Source of the DNA: Bacteroidales bacterium
Lineage (GTDB): Bacteria > Bacteroidota > Bacteroidia > Bacteroidales > UBA12077
Direction of reading: 5' to 3'
Assembly: GCA_021108325.1 (NCBI GenBank)
Contig: JAIORB010000027.1
Location: forward strand, 114,321-178,320
DNA length: 64,000 nucleotides
Part shown: one piece after another, positions 41,658 to 51,778 of the stretch
Numbering within the stretch: position 1 is the first letter of the stretch
Layout of the letters: every line of letters begins with the position of its first letter
The notes under the pieces: generated by a model
What the model saw: only the letters and a program-made list of their open reading frames with translations
What the model was told of the DNA's origin: nothing
The model's database searches: none
Translations under genes and position numbers: made by a program

Positions 41658-41706
41658 AGGGGACTCTAATAATTCATTTATTTCAAAGGAATTATTAGAG
41701 GTTTCC
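41658..41706. mobile_element. Collapsed copy of the 21.3-kb MITE (ends only), sitting between convergent genes
   Basis: CTCTAATAATTCATTTATTTCAA is identical to the MITE right end; AAAGGAATTATTAGAGG is identical to the reverse complement of its left end. Confidence 0.75.
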
Positions 41707-41749
41707 TTAAAACCCAAACAAATGCTAATTAAACCTTCGCTTTAATGTT

Positions 41750-43159
41750 TTATTCAAAATATCCTGATCCGTCCCAACAGTGGGTGCAGAGTTTTTCTTT
41801 TGGCAGCCCGATAGCTTTTACCAGGTCTTCAAGTTTTTGAAATTTTAAACTTGTAAGATCAAGGTTTTTTCTGATTTGCTCAACCATGGCTTCATATTTA
41901 CCATTATTGGTATCAGAATACTCCTTCATATCTACATTTTCTTTTCCCTCAAGTTGTTTTACTGCTTTATGTGTTGCAAGATCAAGGTTTGATCTGGAGC
42001 GACTGAAATTCAGAAATTCACACGGAAATGTTAAAGGAGGACATGCAATACGCATATGAACTTCTTTTATACCTGCTTCGTGCAAATCCTTTACATTATC
42101 TTTAAGTTGAGTGCCGCGGACTATCGAATCGTCAAGAAAAATACCACGTTTATCTTTTATAAGAGAACTATTTGGAATTAGTTTCATTTTTGCAACTAAA
42201 TCGCGCATGTTCTGACTTTGAGGCATAAAACTTCTGGGCCACGTTGGTGTGTATTTTGAATAAGGGCGTTTAAGAGGAATCCTTTTTTCATTGCTATAAC
42301 CCATAGCATGTCCTATTCCTGAATCGGGAATGCCGGCAATAAAATCTGCTTCTACCCGATCTTTTTTTGCTAATTCGGCACCACAACAGTAGCGTGTTTC
42401 ATCTACATTTATATTTTCGTAAAATGAAGGTGGATATCCATAATAAACCCACAGAAAAGAACAAATCTGCAATTTCTCATCTGGTTTTCTTAATTGTTTA
42501 TGACCATCAGATGTTATTTTTACAATTTCCCCGGGTCCTAAAAATTTATCTATTTCGTAGTTAAGGTTTGGGAATGAGCAAGTTTCAAAAGCAGCTGTAA
42601 AAGCATTTTCTTTTTTGCCAATAACAATAGGTGTTCTTCCAAGTTTATCGCGTGCGGCAATAATACTGTCTTCGGTTAAAATAAGCATTGAACAAGATCC
42701 TTTAACACGATTGTAAACATTTTCAATACCTGCTACAAAATCATTTCCTTCAGCAATTAGCATTGCTATCAGCTCAGTCTGGTTTATTCCGCCCTGACTG
42801 GTTTCGGAAAATGTTCGGTGCTGTTTTGTATAGCGTTCTTCCAACTCATCAATATTTACTATTTTACTAATCGTAACAACAGCAAAACGTCCTAAATGAG
42901 AAGTTACAACCATAGGTTGTGCTTCTGTGTCACTTATAACACCGATGCCACTGTTTCCTGAAAAATTTGCTATATCGTTTTCAAATTTATTTCTGAAATA
43001 ACCGTCTTCCAGGCTATGAATTGCACTTTGAAAACCTTTTTCTTTTGAGTAGAAAGCCATGCCGGCTCTTTTTGTCCCAAGGTGCGAATGATAATCAGTG
43101 CCATAAAAAACTTCAGATACACAATCTGATTTGGAAATACTGCCAAAAAAACCGCTCAT
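41750..43159 (-). CDS. purF: Amidophosphoribosyltransferase-like protein (Bacteroidota type, Ser in place of Cys1)
   Basis: Ntn fold N-terminus, GIPDSG, PRPP loop LDDSIVRGT, Fe-S cysteines CSF, CPP..PC, CTHC. Confidence 0.85.
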   Translation of the reverse strand: MSGFFGSISKSDCVSEVFYGTDYHSHLGTKRAGMAFYSKEKGFQSAIHSLEDGYFRNKFENDIANFSGNSGIGVISDTEAQPMVVTSHLGRFAVVTISKIVNIDELEERYTKQHRTFSETSQGGINQTELIAMLIAEGNDFVAGIENVYNRVKGSCSMLILTEDSIIAARDKLGRTPIVIGKKENAFTAAFETCSFPNLNYEIDKFLGPGEIVKITSDGHKQLRKPDEKLQICSFLWVYYGYPPSFYENINVDETRYCCGAELAKKDRVEADFIAGIPDSGIGHAMGYSNEKRIPLKRPYSKYTPTWPRSFMPQSQNMRDLVAKMKLIPNSSLIKDKRGIFLDDSIVRGTQLKDNVKDLHEAGIKEVHMRIACPPLTFPCEFLNFSRSRSNLDLATHKAVKQLEGKENVDMKEYSDTNNGKYEAMVEQIRKNLDLTSLKFQKLEDLVKAIGLPKEKLCTHCWDGSGYFE

Positions 43160-43325
43160 ATTTTTATTTTTTAAATATTAAAATTTAGTTAATAAATGTA
43201 TAAGTTTTATTTAATCAAGTAAAGCAACGTTGATAAATGAGCACGTTTTGTTGAAATGTTTTATGTGATTAGATATTTAATTGAGTGTTATAAAATAGAA
43301 GTTTAAATATGAATAATAAATAAAA

Positions 43326-43348
43326 AATCCCGGTTTTGAGCCGGGATT
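43326..43348 (-). terminator. Terminator of the second ABC permease gene
   Basis: AATCCCGG-N7-CCGGGATT with T-run on the minus strand. Confidence 0.7.
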
Positions 43349-43370
43349 GATTTTGTCAGGTTGATTTTAG

Positions 43371-45788
43371 TTATTCATATCTTAATGAGTTTACCGGATT
43401 TGCCGATGCTGCTTTAACGGTCTGATAGCTTACGGTTAACAGGGCAATAAATATGGAAGCAAGTCCTGCAATAACAAATAATATAAGGTTAATATCTATT
43501 CTGTATTCAAAATTTTGTAACCATTTATCCATAAAGTAATAAGTCGCCGGCCATGCAATTATGTTTGCAATAATAATCCATCGGGTAAATTGTTTACTTA
43601 ATAAAATCAGAATTTCCGAAAGTGTTGATCCTAATACTTTACGAATACCTATTTCTTTTGTCCGTTGTTCTGAAATAAATGATGATAAACCGAAAAGTCC
43701 TAGTGATGCAATAAATAAAGCCAACACTGAAAAAATCCCAAGTATTTTCCCGGTTCGTGATTCTGCACTATGTAAACTGTTAAAGTGATCATCCATAAAG
43801 AAATAATCGAATGGTTGCTGAGGAAGAAACTCTTGCCACTTTTCCTCAAGCGTTTTTAATGTTTTATTAATGTCCGAATTTTTAACCTTAACTGCCATGT
43901 AAGAAGCATAATAATTCTCAGGATAAAACATCACAACATTAGGAATGCGCTCACGCAACGATTGTGTATGAAAGTCTTCCATGATACCAATAATCTGAAA
44001 TCTAATTTGCTCATCACTATTGCCATAACCAATTATAAACTTTCCAACAGGATTATCATAACCCAAAGATTTTACAGCGGATTCATTAATAACAACACAA
44101 GCTGAATCTCCGGGATATTCTTTTGAAAAATATCTTCCTTCTTTTATCTTCATTCCTATTGCTTTTGGGAAATCATAATCCGCATTCATTCTTTGGAAAT
44201 GAATCATTTCTTCCGATTTAGCATTTTCTCTCTGAAAAACGCTCCCGTTGAAATCTTTCCCCGGAACAGTAGTAGTTGCTCCTACTGCATAAATATCAGG
44301 GAAACGTAAAAGTTCTTCTTTAAATGTTTCAAGTTGATCGCCTAATGCATTAGGACGTTCTATAACAATCACATTTTCTTTTTCAAACCCCAGTTTTTTA
44401 TTTTGCATGTATATTAATTGATTATAAACAATTATCGTAGCAATGATAATACCCACTGAAATTGCAAACTGGAATACAACTAAACCACTTCTGAAAAAGG
44501 CGCTTTTTTTACCAGTTTGAATTTTACCTTTTAAAACGGTTAAAACATTAAACGATGATAATGAAATAGAAGAATAACTTCCGGCAAAAAAACCAACAAA
44601 TAAAGTCATTAGGATTATTCCCAGAATATATTCCCAATTTGATAAATAATTAATGGTAAGTTCTTTTTGAATAATATTATTAAACCCCGGTAGTAATAAG
44701 TAAACTAAAACTAAGGCTATTATCATAGCAAAAATGCTTAAAAAGAATGATTCGTTTAAAAACTGAAAAATTAATTGTCCGCGATGAGCCCCGGCAACTT
44801 TTCTTATTCCTACCTCTTTAGCCCTGTTAGAAGCTTTTGCCGTAGTCAGATTCATGAAGTTTACACACGCAATGATTAAAATAAAAATAGCAACAATTGA
44901 GAATATTATTACGTAACGTTTGTCACCAACAGGCTCCATATGCATTGTGGCGTCTGAATTAAGATAAATTCCTGTTAAAGGTTCAAGAAAATATCCATAT
45001 CTGTTACCCGACTTTTCCCACTCTTCTAATGATATTCCCAGGCTTTCTTCTACTTGCGGACCAACATATTTCAAAACAAAATCATGAATTTTAGCTTCAA
45101 CATCAGCATCAGTAAAACCTTTATCTAATAATAAATATGAAGCATACTGATCGCTTAGCCAATATTCATTTCGGCTCCACTCAAACGTAGATAACGAAGC
45201 TAAAAAATCAAAATGAAAATGCGAATTATGAGGAACATCTTTTATTATTCCTGTAACATTAAATTCACGATCATTATCGAAGGTAACGGTTTTATCCATT
45301 GGATCTTCATCGCCAAAATACTTTTTAGCCATGCTTTCGGTAAAAACAATAGAGTTTGGCCCGACTAAAGCAGTCTTGGGATTCCCTTTAATCATTTTCC
45401 AGGAGAAAATATCGAAAACAGTCGAATCGGTATAATAAACACCGTCCTCAATAAAATTTCGATCACCATATGTAATTAACTTGTTGCTTCCGGATAAAAA
45501 TCTGGTTGCATTAATCACTTCAGGAAATTCATCCACCATTGTTCTTGCAAAAGGAGCTGCTGTGGTATAAGTCATAAAATCGCGATCGCCCAGACGGCCA
45601 TCAATTCCTGCTCTGTAAATCTGATTAGCATTTTTATGATACCTGTCATAGCTTAGTTCATCAGTAATAAACAATAAAATCATAATACAACAGGCCATGC
45701 CAATGGCTAATCCTGTAACATTAATAAAAGTGAATCCCCGATGTTTTATAATTGTTCGTAATGTAGTTAATAAGTAATTTTTAAACAT
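43371..45788 (-). CDS. FtsX/MacB-like ABC permease (duplicated MacB_PCD+FtsX)
   Basis: MFKNYL, INVTGLAIG, CVNFMNL, KEVGIRKVAGA, KEIGIRKVLGS, NPVNSLRYE. Confidence 0.93.
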   Translation of the reverse strand: MFKNYLLTTLRTIIKHRGFTFINVTGLAIGMACCIMILLFITDELSYDRYHKNANQIYRAGIDGRLGDRDFMTYTTAAPFARTMVDEFPEVINATRFLSGSNKLITYGDRNFIEDGVYYTDSTVFDIFSWKMIKGNPKTALVGPNSIVFTESMAKKYFGDEDPMDKTVTFDNDREFNVTGIIKDVPHNSHFHFDFLASLSTFEWSRNEYWLSDQYASYLLLDKGFTDADVEAKIHDFVLKYVGPQVEESLGISLEEWEKSGNRYGYFLEPLTGIYLNSDATMHMEPVGDKRYVIIFSIVAIFILIIACVNFMNLTTAKASNRAKEVGIRKVAGAHRGQLIFQFLNESFFLSIFAMIIALVLVYLLLPGFNNIIQKELTINYLSNWEYILGIILMTLFVGFFAGSYSSISLSSFNVLTVLKGKIQTGKKSAFFRSGLVVFQFAISVGIIIATIIVYNQLIYMQNKKLGFEKENVIVIERPNALGDQLETFKEELLRFPDIYAVGATTTVPGKDFNGSVFQRENAKSEEMIHFQRMNADYDFPKAIGMKIKEGRYFSKEYPGDSACVVINESAVKSLGYDNPVGKFIIGYGNSDEQIRFQIIGIMEDFHTQSLRERIPNVVMFYPENYYASYMAVKVKNSDINKTLKTLEEKWQEFLPQQPFDYFFMDDHFNSLHSAESRTGKILGIFSVLALFIASLGLFGLSSFISEQRTKEIGIRKVLGSTLSEILILLSKQFTRWIIIANIIAWPATYYFMDKWLQNFEYRIDINLILFVIAGLASIFIALLTVSYQTVKAASANPVNSLRYE

Positions 45789-45983
45789 AATTTTTATTTT
45801 TTATTCATATGACGATTGAAAGTGTTAGTAGTTACACATTTTTTTGAAAAAGACGAAAAGCTTATGGATTTGATGCATTTTATAAAAGAAAGTTTTGGTA
45901 TAACCAGAAAACTAATCCGAATAATTTTAGTTGGTCGTTTAAGAAAAGGAGTAAGTCAGAATGAGTTTAGGGAAAATAAAAAT

Positions 45984-46016
45984 AAAAAAGCCCGATACTT
46001 TTGTATCAGGCTTTTT
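45984..46016 (-). terminator. Terminator downstream of tRNA-fMet
   Basis: AAAAAGCCCGATAC-TTTT-GTATCAGGCTTTTT. Confidence 0.7.
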
Positions 46017-46021
46017 CTTAG

Positions 46022-46094
<73 letters not shown>

Positions 46095-46133
46095 ATATAT
46101 TTTAAGTACGTTTATTTTGCTTAATTGCGGATG

Positions 46134-46164
46134 CAAAAGTAAGTAATGATAGGTAAAAAACAAA
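46134..46164 (-). promoter_or_regulatory. Sigma-A promoter of tRNA-fMet
   Basis: TTTG (46164-61)-N19-TACTTTTG (46141-34) on the minus strand. Confidence 0.8.
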
Positions 46165-46359
46165 TTTTTTTTTACTATTCTTGCATTTTGAATGTATTTA
46201 ATATTTTTTGCAATTTATATTCACTTAAATATCAATTGTTAATTTATGTTATTTTCATCGCATAAATATTAAAAACGGTTCGTTTAATTCAATTGTTTGG
46301 GCTATTTTAGTGGGCTCATTTTTAACCTGAATGATTACTCCTTTCAGTCGTGAAAGAAG

Positions 46360-46516
46360 TTCATAAGTTTGTCGTCATGAGAAATGAAAATGCCAATAGA
46401 ATTTAAAAGCGCAAAATTGAGCCTCGCAGGTGTAGCCTTGGTTACATTGAGAAGCGAAAGTCGAGCATTTTAAATTATAGCAAGTAGTTTCATTTCGTAA
46501 TAGATTAATTTATGAA
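46360..46516. repeat. Long imperfect nested hairpin element upstream of the M23-dxr operon
   Basis: Arm pairs TTCATAA/TTATGAA, GAAATGAAA/TTTCATTTC, AATTTAAAA-GC/GC-ATTTTAAATT, apical TGTAGCC-TT-GGTTACA. Confidence 0.6.
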
Positions 46517-46551
46517 TTATTTAGGTGAGTATTTTCTTTATCGAAAACGTG

Positions 46552-46559
46552 TATCTTTG
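46552..46559 (+). promoter_or_regulatory. Sigma-A -7 box of the M23-dxr-rseP operon
   Basis: TATCTTTG followed by CA, 18 bp before the start. Confidence 0.6.
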
Positions 46560-46577
46560 CAAACAAATTAATTATTG

Positions 46578-47441
46578 ATGATCAAAGAGAAAAAGAAGCG
46601 TATTGTTAATAAACTAAGGAATAAATACCGCTTAAGTATTTATAATGACGATACTTTTGAAGAAGTATGGTTCTTGCGACTTTCAAGATTAAATGTTTTT
46701 TCTATTGTTGGAACAAGTGTTTTACTTTTTATTATTGCTATTACAGTTTTAATAGCATTTACTCCTATAAGGGAGTTTATTCCGGGTTACCCCGATGGTA
46801 ATATGCGTCGAAATATAATTAATAATGTTTATAAACTTGATTCATTAGAACATGAGCTGGAAATTCGTGATCGATATTTTGAAAGTATAAATACAATTAT
46901 CAGGGGAGGTACCCCTTTAAGTTATGAAAGTTCGCAGGATACAACTGTTAGATACGAGGAAATTACGTTTGATAAATCTGAACATGATTCATTATTACGT
47001 CAGCAAATTGAGGAAGAAGAGTTGTTTAATCTCTCTATTTTAGCAAATACTTCTAATAAAACCGATTTTTCAAGCATACATTTTTATCCTCCTGTTAAAG
47101 GCTTGGTTACAAATTCATTTAATCCGAATGAATATCATTTTGGAACTGATATCGTAACAGCTTCAAACAAAGTGGTTGTGGCAACATTAGATGGAACAGT
47201 TACCATTGCAAACTGGACACTAGAGACAGGATACGTAATCCAGATTCAGCATGATAACAATTTATTATCGGTATACAAACACAATTCTGAACTTCTGAAA
47301 AAAATTGGAAATCATGTAACTGCAGGTGAGGCAATTGCTATTATTGGAAACTCAGGAGAACTTACCAGTGGACCACATTTACATTTCGAGTTATGGCATA
47401 ACGGAACTCCCATTGATCCGGAAGATTACGTGGCATTTTAG
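46578..47441 (+). CDS. M23 family metallopeptidase
   Basis: HFGTD, IQIQH, HLHFELW motifs; N-terminal TM. Confidence 0.92.
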   Translation: MIKEKKKRIVNKLRNKYRLSIYNDDTFEEVWFLRLSRLNVFSIVGTSVLLFIIAITVLIAFTPIREFIPGYPDGNMRRNIINNVYKLDSLEHELEIRDRYFESINTIIRGGTPLSYESSQDTTVRYEEITFDKSEHDSLLRQQIEEEELFNLSILANTSNKTDFSSIHFYPPVKGLVTNSFNPNEYHFGTDIVTASNKVVVATLDGTVTIANWTLETGYVIQIQHDNNLLSVYKHNSELLKKIGNHVTAGEAIAIIGNSGELTSGPHLHFELWHNGTPIDPEDYVAF

Positions 47442-47462
47442 ATAAATTTTGTGGAAGGATAA

Positions 47463-48620
47463 ATGAAAAAAAGAGTTGCAATATTAGGATCTACAGGTTC
47501 AATCGGAAAACAAGCTTTAGATGTAGTCAGGAAGAATCCTGATCATTTCGAAATTGAAGTTCTTACTGCTTACAATAATATTGATTTACTGTCGAAACAA
47601 GCAAAAGAATTTCAGCCTAATACGGTGGTTATTGCAAATGAATCAAAATATGATGAATTAGTTACTGCTCTTGGAGACCTTCCTGTTAAAATATATGCCG
47701 GTAATGATGCTATCGCACAAATTGTTGAAATGGAGACTATTGATATTGTACTTACTGCAATGGTTGGATATTCCGGATTACTTCCAACAATAAACGCAAT
47801 CAAAGCAGGTAAAACAATTGCTTTAGCAAACAAGGAAACACTTGTTGTGGCAGGTGAGATTATTCAAAAATTAGCATTTCATCATAAAGTTAGTATATAC
47901 CCGGTCGATTCTGAACATTCGGCTATTTTTCAATGTCTGGTTGGCGAAGGACAAAATGCGATAGAAAAAATTATCTTAACTGCATCCGGAGGTCCATTTA
48001 GGGGAAAGGATATTGAATTTTTAAAATCTGCAACCAAAGAAAATGCATTGAAACATCCGAACTGGGATATGGGTGCTAAAATTACTATTGATTCAGCTAC
48101 AATGATGAATAAAGGCTTAGAAGCAATAGAAGCACGGTGGTTGTTTGGATTAAATCCAAACCAGATTGAGGTTGTAGTTCATCCACAATCCATAATTCAT
48201 TCAGCAGTACAATTCGAAGATGGCTCGATGAAAGCACAAATGGGATTACCTGATATGAAACTACCGATTTTATATGCCTTAAGTTTTCCTGATCGTATTA
48301 AAACTGATTTCCCGCGTTTTAACTTTTGGGATTACCCGGAATTAACATTCGAAAAACCCGATTTAAAAAGTTTCAGGAATCTTGCATTAGCATTTGAGGC
48401 GATGGATAAATGTGGAAATATGCCATGTATTTTAAATGCTGCAAACGAAATTGCTGTTGAGGCATTTTTAAAAGATAAAATTGGTTTTTGTGAAATGACA
48501 GAAATTATTGAACAAAGTATGCAAAAAATAACTTACATAAAACATCCTGCATTGGATGACTTAATAAATACAGATAAGGAAACAAGAGAATTTTCAAAAT
48601 CAATAATAAACAAATCATAA
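47463..48620 (+). CDS. dxr: 1-deoxy-D-xylulose-5-phosphate reductoisomerase
   Basis: LGSTGSIG, LANKETLV, PVDSEHSA, LTASGGPF, HPNWDMGAKITIDSATMMNKGLE. Confidence 0.98.
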   Translation: MKKRVAILGSTGSIGKQALDVVRKNPDHFEIEVLTAYNNIDLLSKQAKEFQPNTVVIANESKYDELVTALGDLPVKIYAGNDAIAQIVEMETIDIVLTAMVGYSGLLPTINAIKAGKTIALANKETLVVAGEIIQKLAFHHKVSIYPVDSEHSAIFQCLVGEGQNAIEKIILTASGGPFRGKDIEFLKSATKENALKHPNWDMGAKITIDSATMMNKGLEAIEARWLFGLNPNQIEVVVHPQSIIHSAVQFEDGSMKAQMGLPDMKLPILYALSFPDRIKTDFPRFNFWDYPELTFEKPDLKSFRNLALAFEAMDKCGNMPCILNAANEIAVEAFLKDKIGFCEMTEIIEQSMQKITYIKHPALDDLINTDKETREFSKSIINKS

Positions 48621-48631
48621 AAAAGAGATAG

Positions 48632-49957
48632 ATGGAAGTATTAGTTAAGATCGCACAATTTATACTTAGCATATCCATATTAGTTATTTTACACGAATTT
48701 GGACATTTTGCATTTGCTAAAATTTTTAAGACAAGGGTTGAGAAATTTTATCTTTTCTTTAATCCATGGTTTTCATTATTTAAAGTGAAAAAAGGAGAAA
48801 CAGAATATGGATTAGGTTGGTTGCCTTTAGGCGGATATGTAAAAATATCAGGGATGATTGATGAGTCGATGGATAAGGAACAAATGAAAAAGCCACCACA
48901 GCCTTACGAGTTTAGGTCAAAAAAAACATGGCAACGATTGTTAATTATGCTTGGCGGTGTAATGGTTAATTTTATTACTGCACTGGTAATATATTCTGCT
49001 ATTTTGTATGTGTGGGGCGACCAATATCTTCCGAATAAAAATGTAGAACATGGTATAGTGGTCGATTCTTTGGCTTATGACATGGGTTTACGAAACGGCG
49101 ATAAAATTTTATCATTAGATGGTGAGGAAATAGAAGGGTTTTATACTATTGTTCCGCAAATTGTTTTAGAAGACGTTAAAACAATTCAGATCGAAAGAAA
49201 TGGACAACAAAGGGAAATACCTGTTCCTGAAAGCATCATCCCTGAATTACTAAAAAGTAAAGGATTTATTGAAACGCGGATTCCTTTTTATGCGGGAGGC
49301 TTCACGAAAGATTCGCCCGCAAAAAAAGCCGGATTGAAAAAGGATGATAAACTAATCGGAATTAACAGAAACCCGGTAGAGTTTTTTGATGAATTTAAAG
49401 ATACTCTTTCTCATTATAAAAATGAACTTGTTGTGATTACTGCATTAAGGGGAGAAGATAGTGTTCATTTTGAAGTTGTTGTTCCTGAAACTGGACTCAT
49501 AGGAGTAGCTCCTGGCGGAAGTATTAATGAGTTTTTCGAAATTGAGCGTATAGAATATAGCTTGATAGCATCAATCCCGGCAGGTATTGATAAAGGAGTT
49601 AAAACTATTGATAGTTATCTAAAACAACTAAAGCTGATTTTTTCGCCAAAAACGGAAGCGTACAAATCATTAGGAGGATTTATAACCATTGGAAATATTT
49701 TTCCTGGAAAATGGAATTGGCAGATTTTCTGGAATTTAACAGCTTTCTTGTCAATCATTCTTGCAATAATGAATCTTCTTCCAATTCCTGCATTAGACGG
49801 AGGGCATGTAATGTTTTTGCTTTATGAAATAGTTACAGGACGTAAACCAAGTGACAAATTTTTAGAGTATGCTCAAATCGCGGGAATGATTATTTTATTA
49901 TCACTTTTACTATATGCAAATGGTAATGATATATTTAGACATTTTATAAATAAATAA
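48632..49957 (+). CDS. rseP: RIP metalloprotease RseP
   Basis: HEFGH, PLGGYVKI, PDZ domains, NLLPIPALDGG. Confidence 0.96.
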   Translation: MEVLVKIAQFILSISILVILHEFGHFAFAKIFKTRVEKFYLFFNPWFSLFKVKKGETEYGLGWLPLGGYVKISGMIDESMDKEQMKKPPQPYEFRSKKTWQRLLIMLGGVMVNFITALVIYSAILYVWGDQYLPNKNVEHGIVVDSLAYDMGLRNGDKILSLDGEEIEGFYTIVPQIVLEDVKTIQIERNGQQREIPVPESIIPELLKSKGFIETRIPFYAGGFTKDSPAKKAGLKKDDKLIGINRNPVEFFDEFKDTLSHYKNELVVITALRGEDSVHFEVVVPETGLIGVAPGGSINEFFEIERIEYSLIASIPAGIDKGVKTIDSYLKQLKLIFSPKTEAYKSLGGFITIGNIFPGKWNWQIFWNLTAFLSIILAIMNLLPIPALDGGHVMFLLYEIVTGRKPSDKFLEYAQIAGMIILLSLLLYANGNDIFRHFINK

Positions 49958-49998
49958 TAAAATATCTTACATTTGTATAAACAAATAAATTAAAAGCT

Positions 49999-50190
49999 AT
50001 GCAAGCATTATTTATCTTATTAGGAATGCCAGGGCCATGGGAAATAATTTTAATTGTAATTGTTGTATTGCTTTTTGTTGGAGGAAGAAAAATTCCTGAA
50101 TTAATGAAGGGGTTAGGAAAAGGAATCAAAGAATTCAAAAATGCAACAAAAGAAGATAGTGAAGACGAAAAAAATTCAGAAAAAGAATAA
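49999..50190 (+). CDS. tatA: Twin-arginine translocase TatA/E subunit
   Basis: [29 protein letters not shown]. Confidence 0.93.
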   Translation: MQALFILLGMPGPWEIILIVIVVLLFVGGRKIPELMKGLGKGIKEFKNATKEDSEDEKNSEKE

Positions 50191-50208
50191 TCTTTACTAA
50201 TATACATT

Positions 50209-50245
50209 AACCTGCCCTTACTTAATTTGTTTAGGCAGGTTTTTT
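50209..50245 (+). terminator. Terminator after tatA
   Basis: AACCTGCC...GGCAGGTT followed by a T-run. Confidence 0.7.
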
Positions 50246-50365
50246 ATTTGTTAAAATACTTGTTAATAAATTATATACTGCTTTTTCAGATTATTTAATG
50301 AATAAGTTTTAGATATATTATTATTTTTACCGGATATATTAAAAGTGAGATAATCTAATAGATTT

Positions 50366-51766
50366 ATGTGTAGAAATTTTTGTGTTACGATTTTGTTAAC
50401 TATAGCATTACTAATTGCAGGAATTTGCACTTATGCTATTGATTCAAATATAGTGGGTGAAGAAAATCCTGTTGATAAAAGGAAGAAAAAAGATTCCATC
50501 CCGATTTATCCCGATTTAGTTTATGAATACAAAATTGCCGAGCTAAATAACTTAACTCCAATTGAATTGGAATATAACGATCGGGTTCGAAGATATATTG
50601 ACGTATATACTATTGAGCGTAGAGAACATCTGGCTAAAATTATAGGACTGGCCGAATTATATTTTCCGATTTTCGAAGAGGCATTGGATAAATACCAATT
50701 ACCACTTGAACTAAAATATCTCGCAATAGTTGAATCTGCACTTGACCCAAGAGCCGTATCTTCATCGGCAGCGGTTGGGTTATGGCAATTTAAAATCAAT
50801 ACAAGTAAGATGTTCGATTTGGAAGTAAATTCTTATGTCGATGAACGTTGCGATCCATACAAATCAACAGAAGCGGCTTGTAGTTATCTGCAATATTTAT
50901 ATAGGATTTATAACGACTGGCAATTGGCGCTTGCTGCATATAATGGAGGCCCTGGAGTTGTTCGAAATGCTATTGCACGTTCAGGTGGGAAAACTAATTT
51001 TTGGGAAATACAACCTTATTTACCTGCACAAACAAATGGATATGTTCCTGCTTTTATTGCTGTGAATTATGTGATGAATCATTATAAAGATCATAACATA
51101 GAACCAATTAAATCTGACTTTATATACCTTGATGTTGATACTGTTAAAATAAAAAAAGCTGCTACACTTAAAAGAATTTCTGAAGTAACGAAAATACCGA
51201 TCGAAACTTTGCAGTTTTTAAACCCATCATATAAGCTGGATTATATTCCAAAAATGAAAGAACCGGCAACTGTTATATTACCTGTTAGTAAAATAAGATC
51301 CTTTATTAAAAACGAAAAAGCAATATTCGATGAGTCGGTGCCAAAAAAAGATTTTAATGAAGTTGTTTCAGAAGCAGGAGAGACAAATGGTAAAATAAAG
51401 ATTATTCATGAAGTTGCTAAAGGAGAATATTTCCATAAGATTGCAATAAAATATAATTGTACAATTGATGATATAAAAATATGGAATAGTTTACCAACGA
51501 ATGATCTTAACGTAGGGCAAAAACTTGATGTGTGGATTACACCACAAATGGCGGGAGTAATTGAAGAAGAAAGAACACGACCAAAACAACAAAGAGATTC
51601 AACCGACCGTTTTATTTATTATACCGTTCAAAATGGTGATACAGTATGGAGTATTGCTGAAAAATTTAATTGCAGGTCTATTTCTGAATTAAAAGAGGAA
51701 AATAATATTAATGATGAGAAAGATTTAAAACCGGGAAAAAAATTAAAGATATATCTAAATAAGTAA
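50366..51766 (+). CDS. mltD: Lytic transglycosylase with two LysM domains (MltD-like)
   Basis: LAIVESAL, AVGLWQF, LAAYNGG, two LysM repeats (HEVAKGEYF.., YTVQNGDTVWSIA). Confidence 0.9.
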   Translation: MCRNFCVTILLTIALLIAGICTYAIDSNIVGEENPVDKRKKKDSIPIYPDLVYEYKIAELNNLTPIELEYNDRVRRYIDVYTIERREHLAKIIGLAELYFPIFEEALDKYQLPLELKYLAIVESALDPRAVSSSAAVGLWQFKINTSKMFDLEVNSYVDERCDPYKSTEAACSYLQYLYRIYNDWQLALAAYNGGPGVVRNAIARSGGKTNFWEIQPYLPAQTNGYVPAFIAVNYVMNHYKDHNIEPIKSDFIYLDVDTVKIKKAATLKRISEVTKIPIETLQFLNPSYKLDYIPKMKEPATVILPVSKIRSFIKNEKAIFDESVPKKDFNEVVSEAGETNGKIKIIHEVAKGEYFHKIAIKYNCTIDDIKIWNSLPTNDLNVGQKLDVWITPQMAGVIEEERTRPKQQRDSTDRFIYYTVQNGDTVWSIAEKFNCRSISELKEENNINDEKDLKPGKKLKIYLNK

Positions 51767-51778
51767 TACTAATTTACC

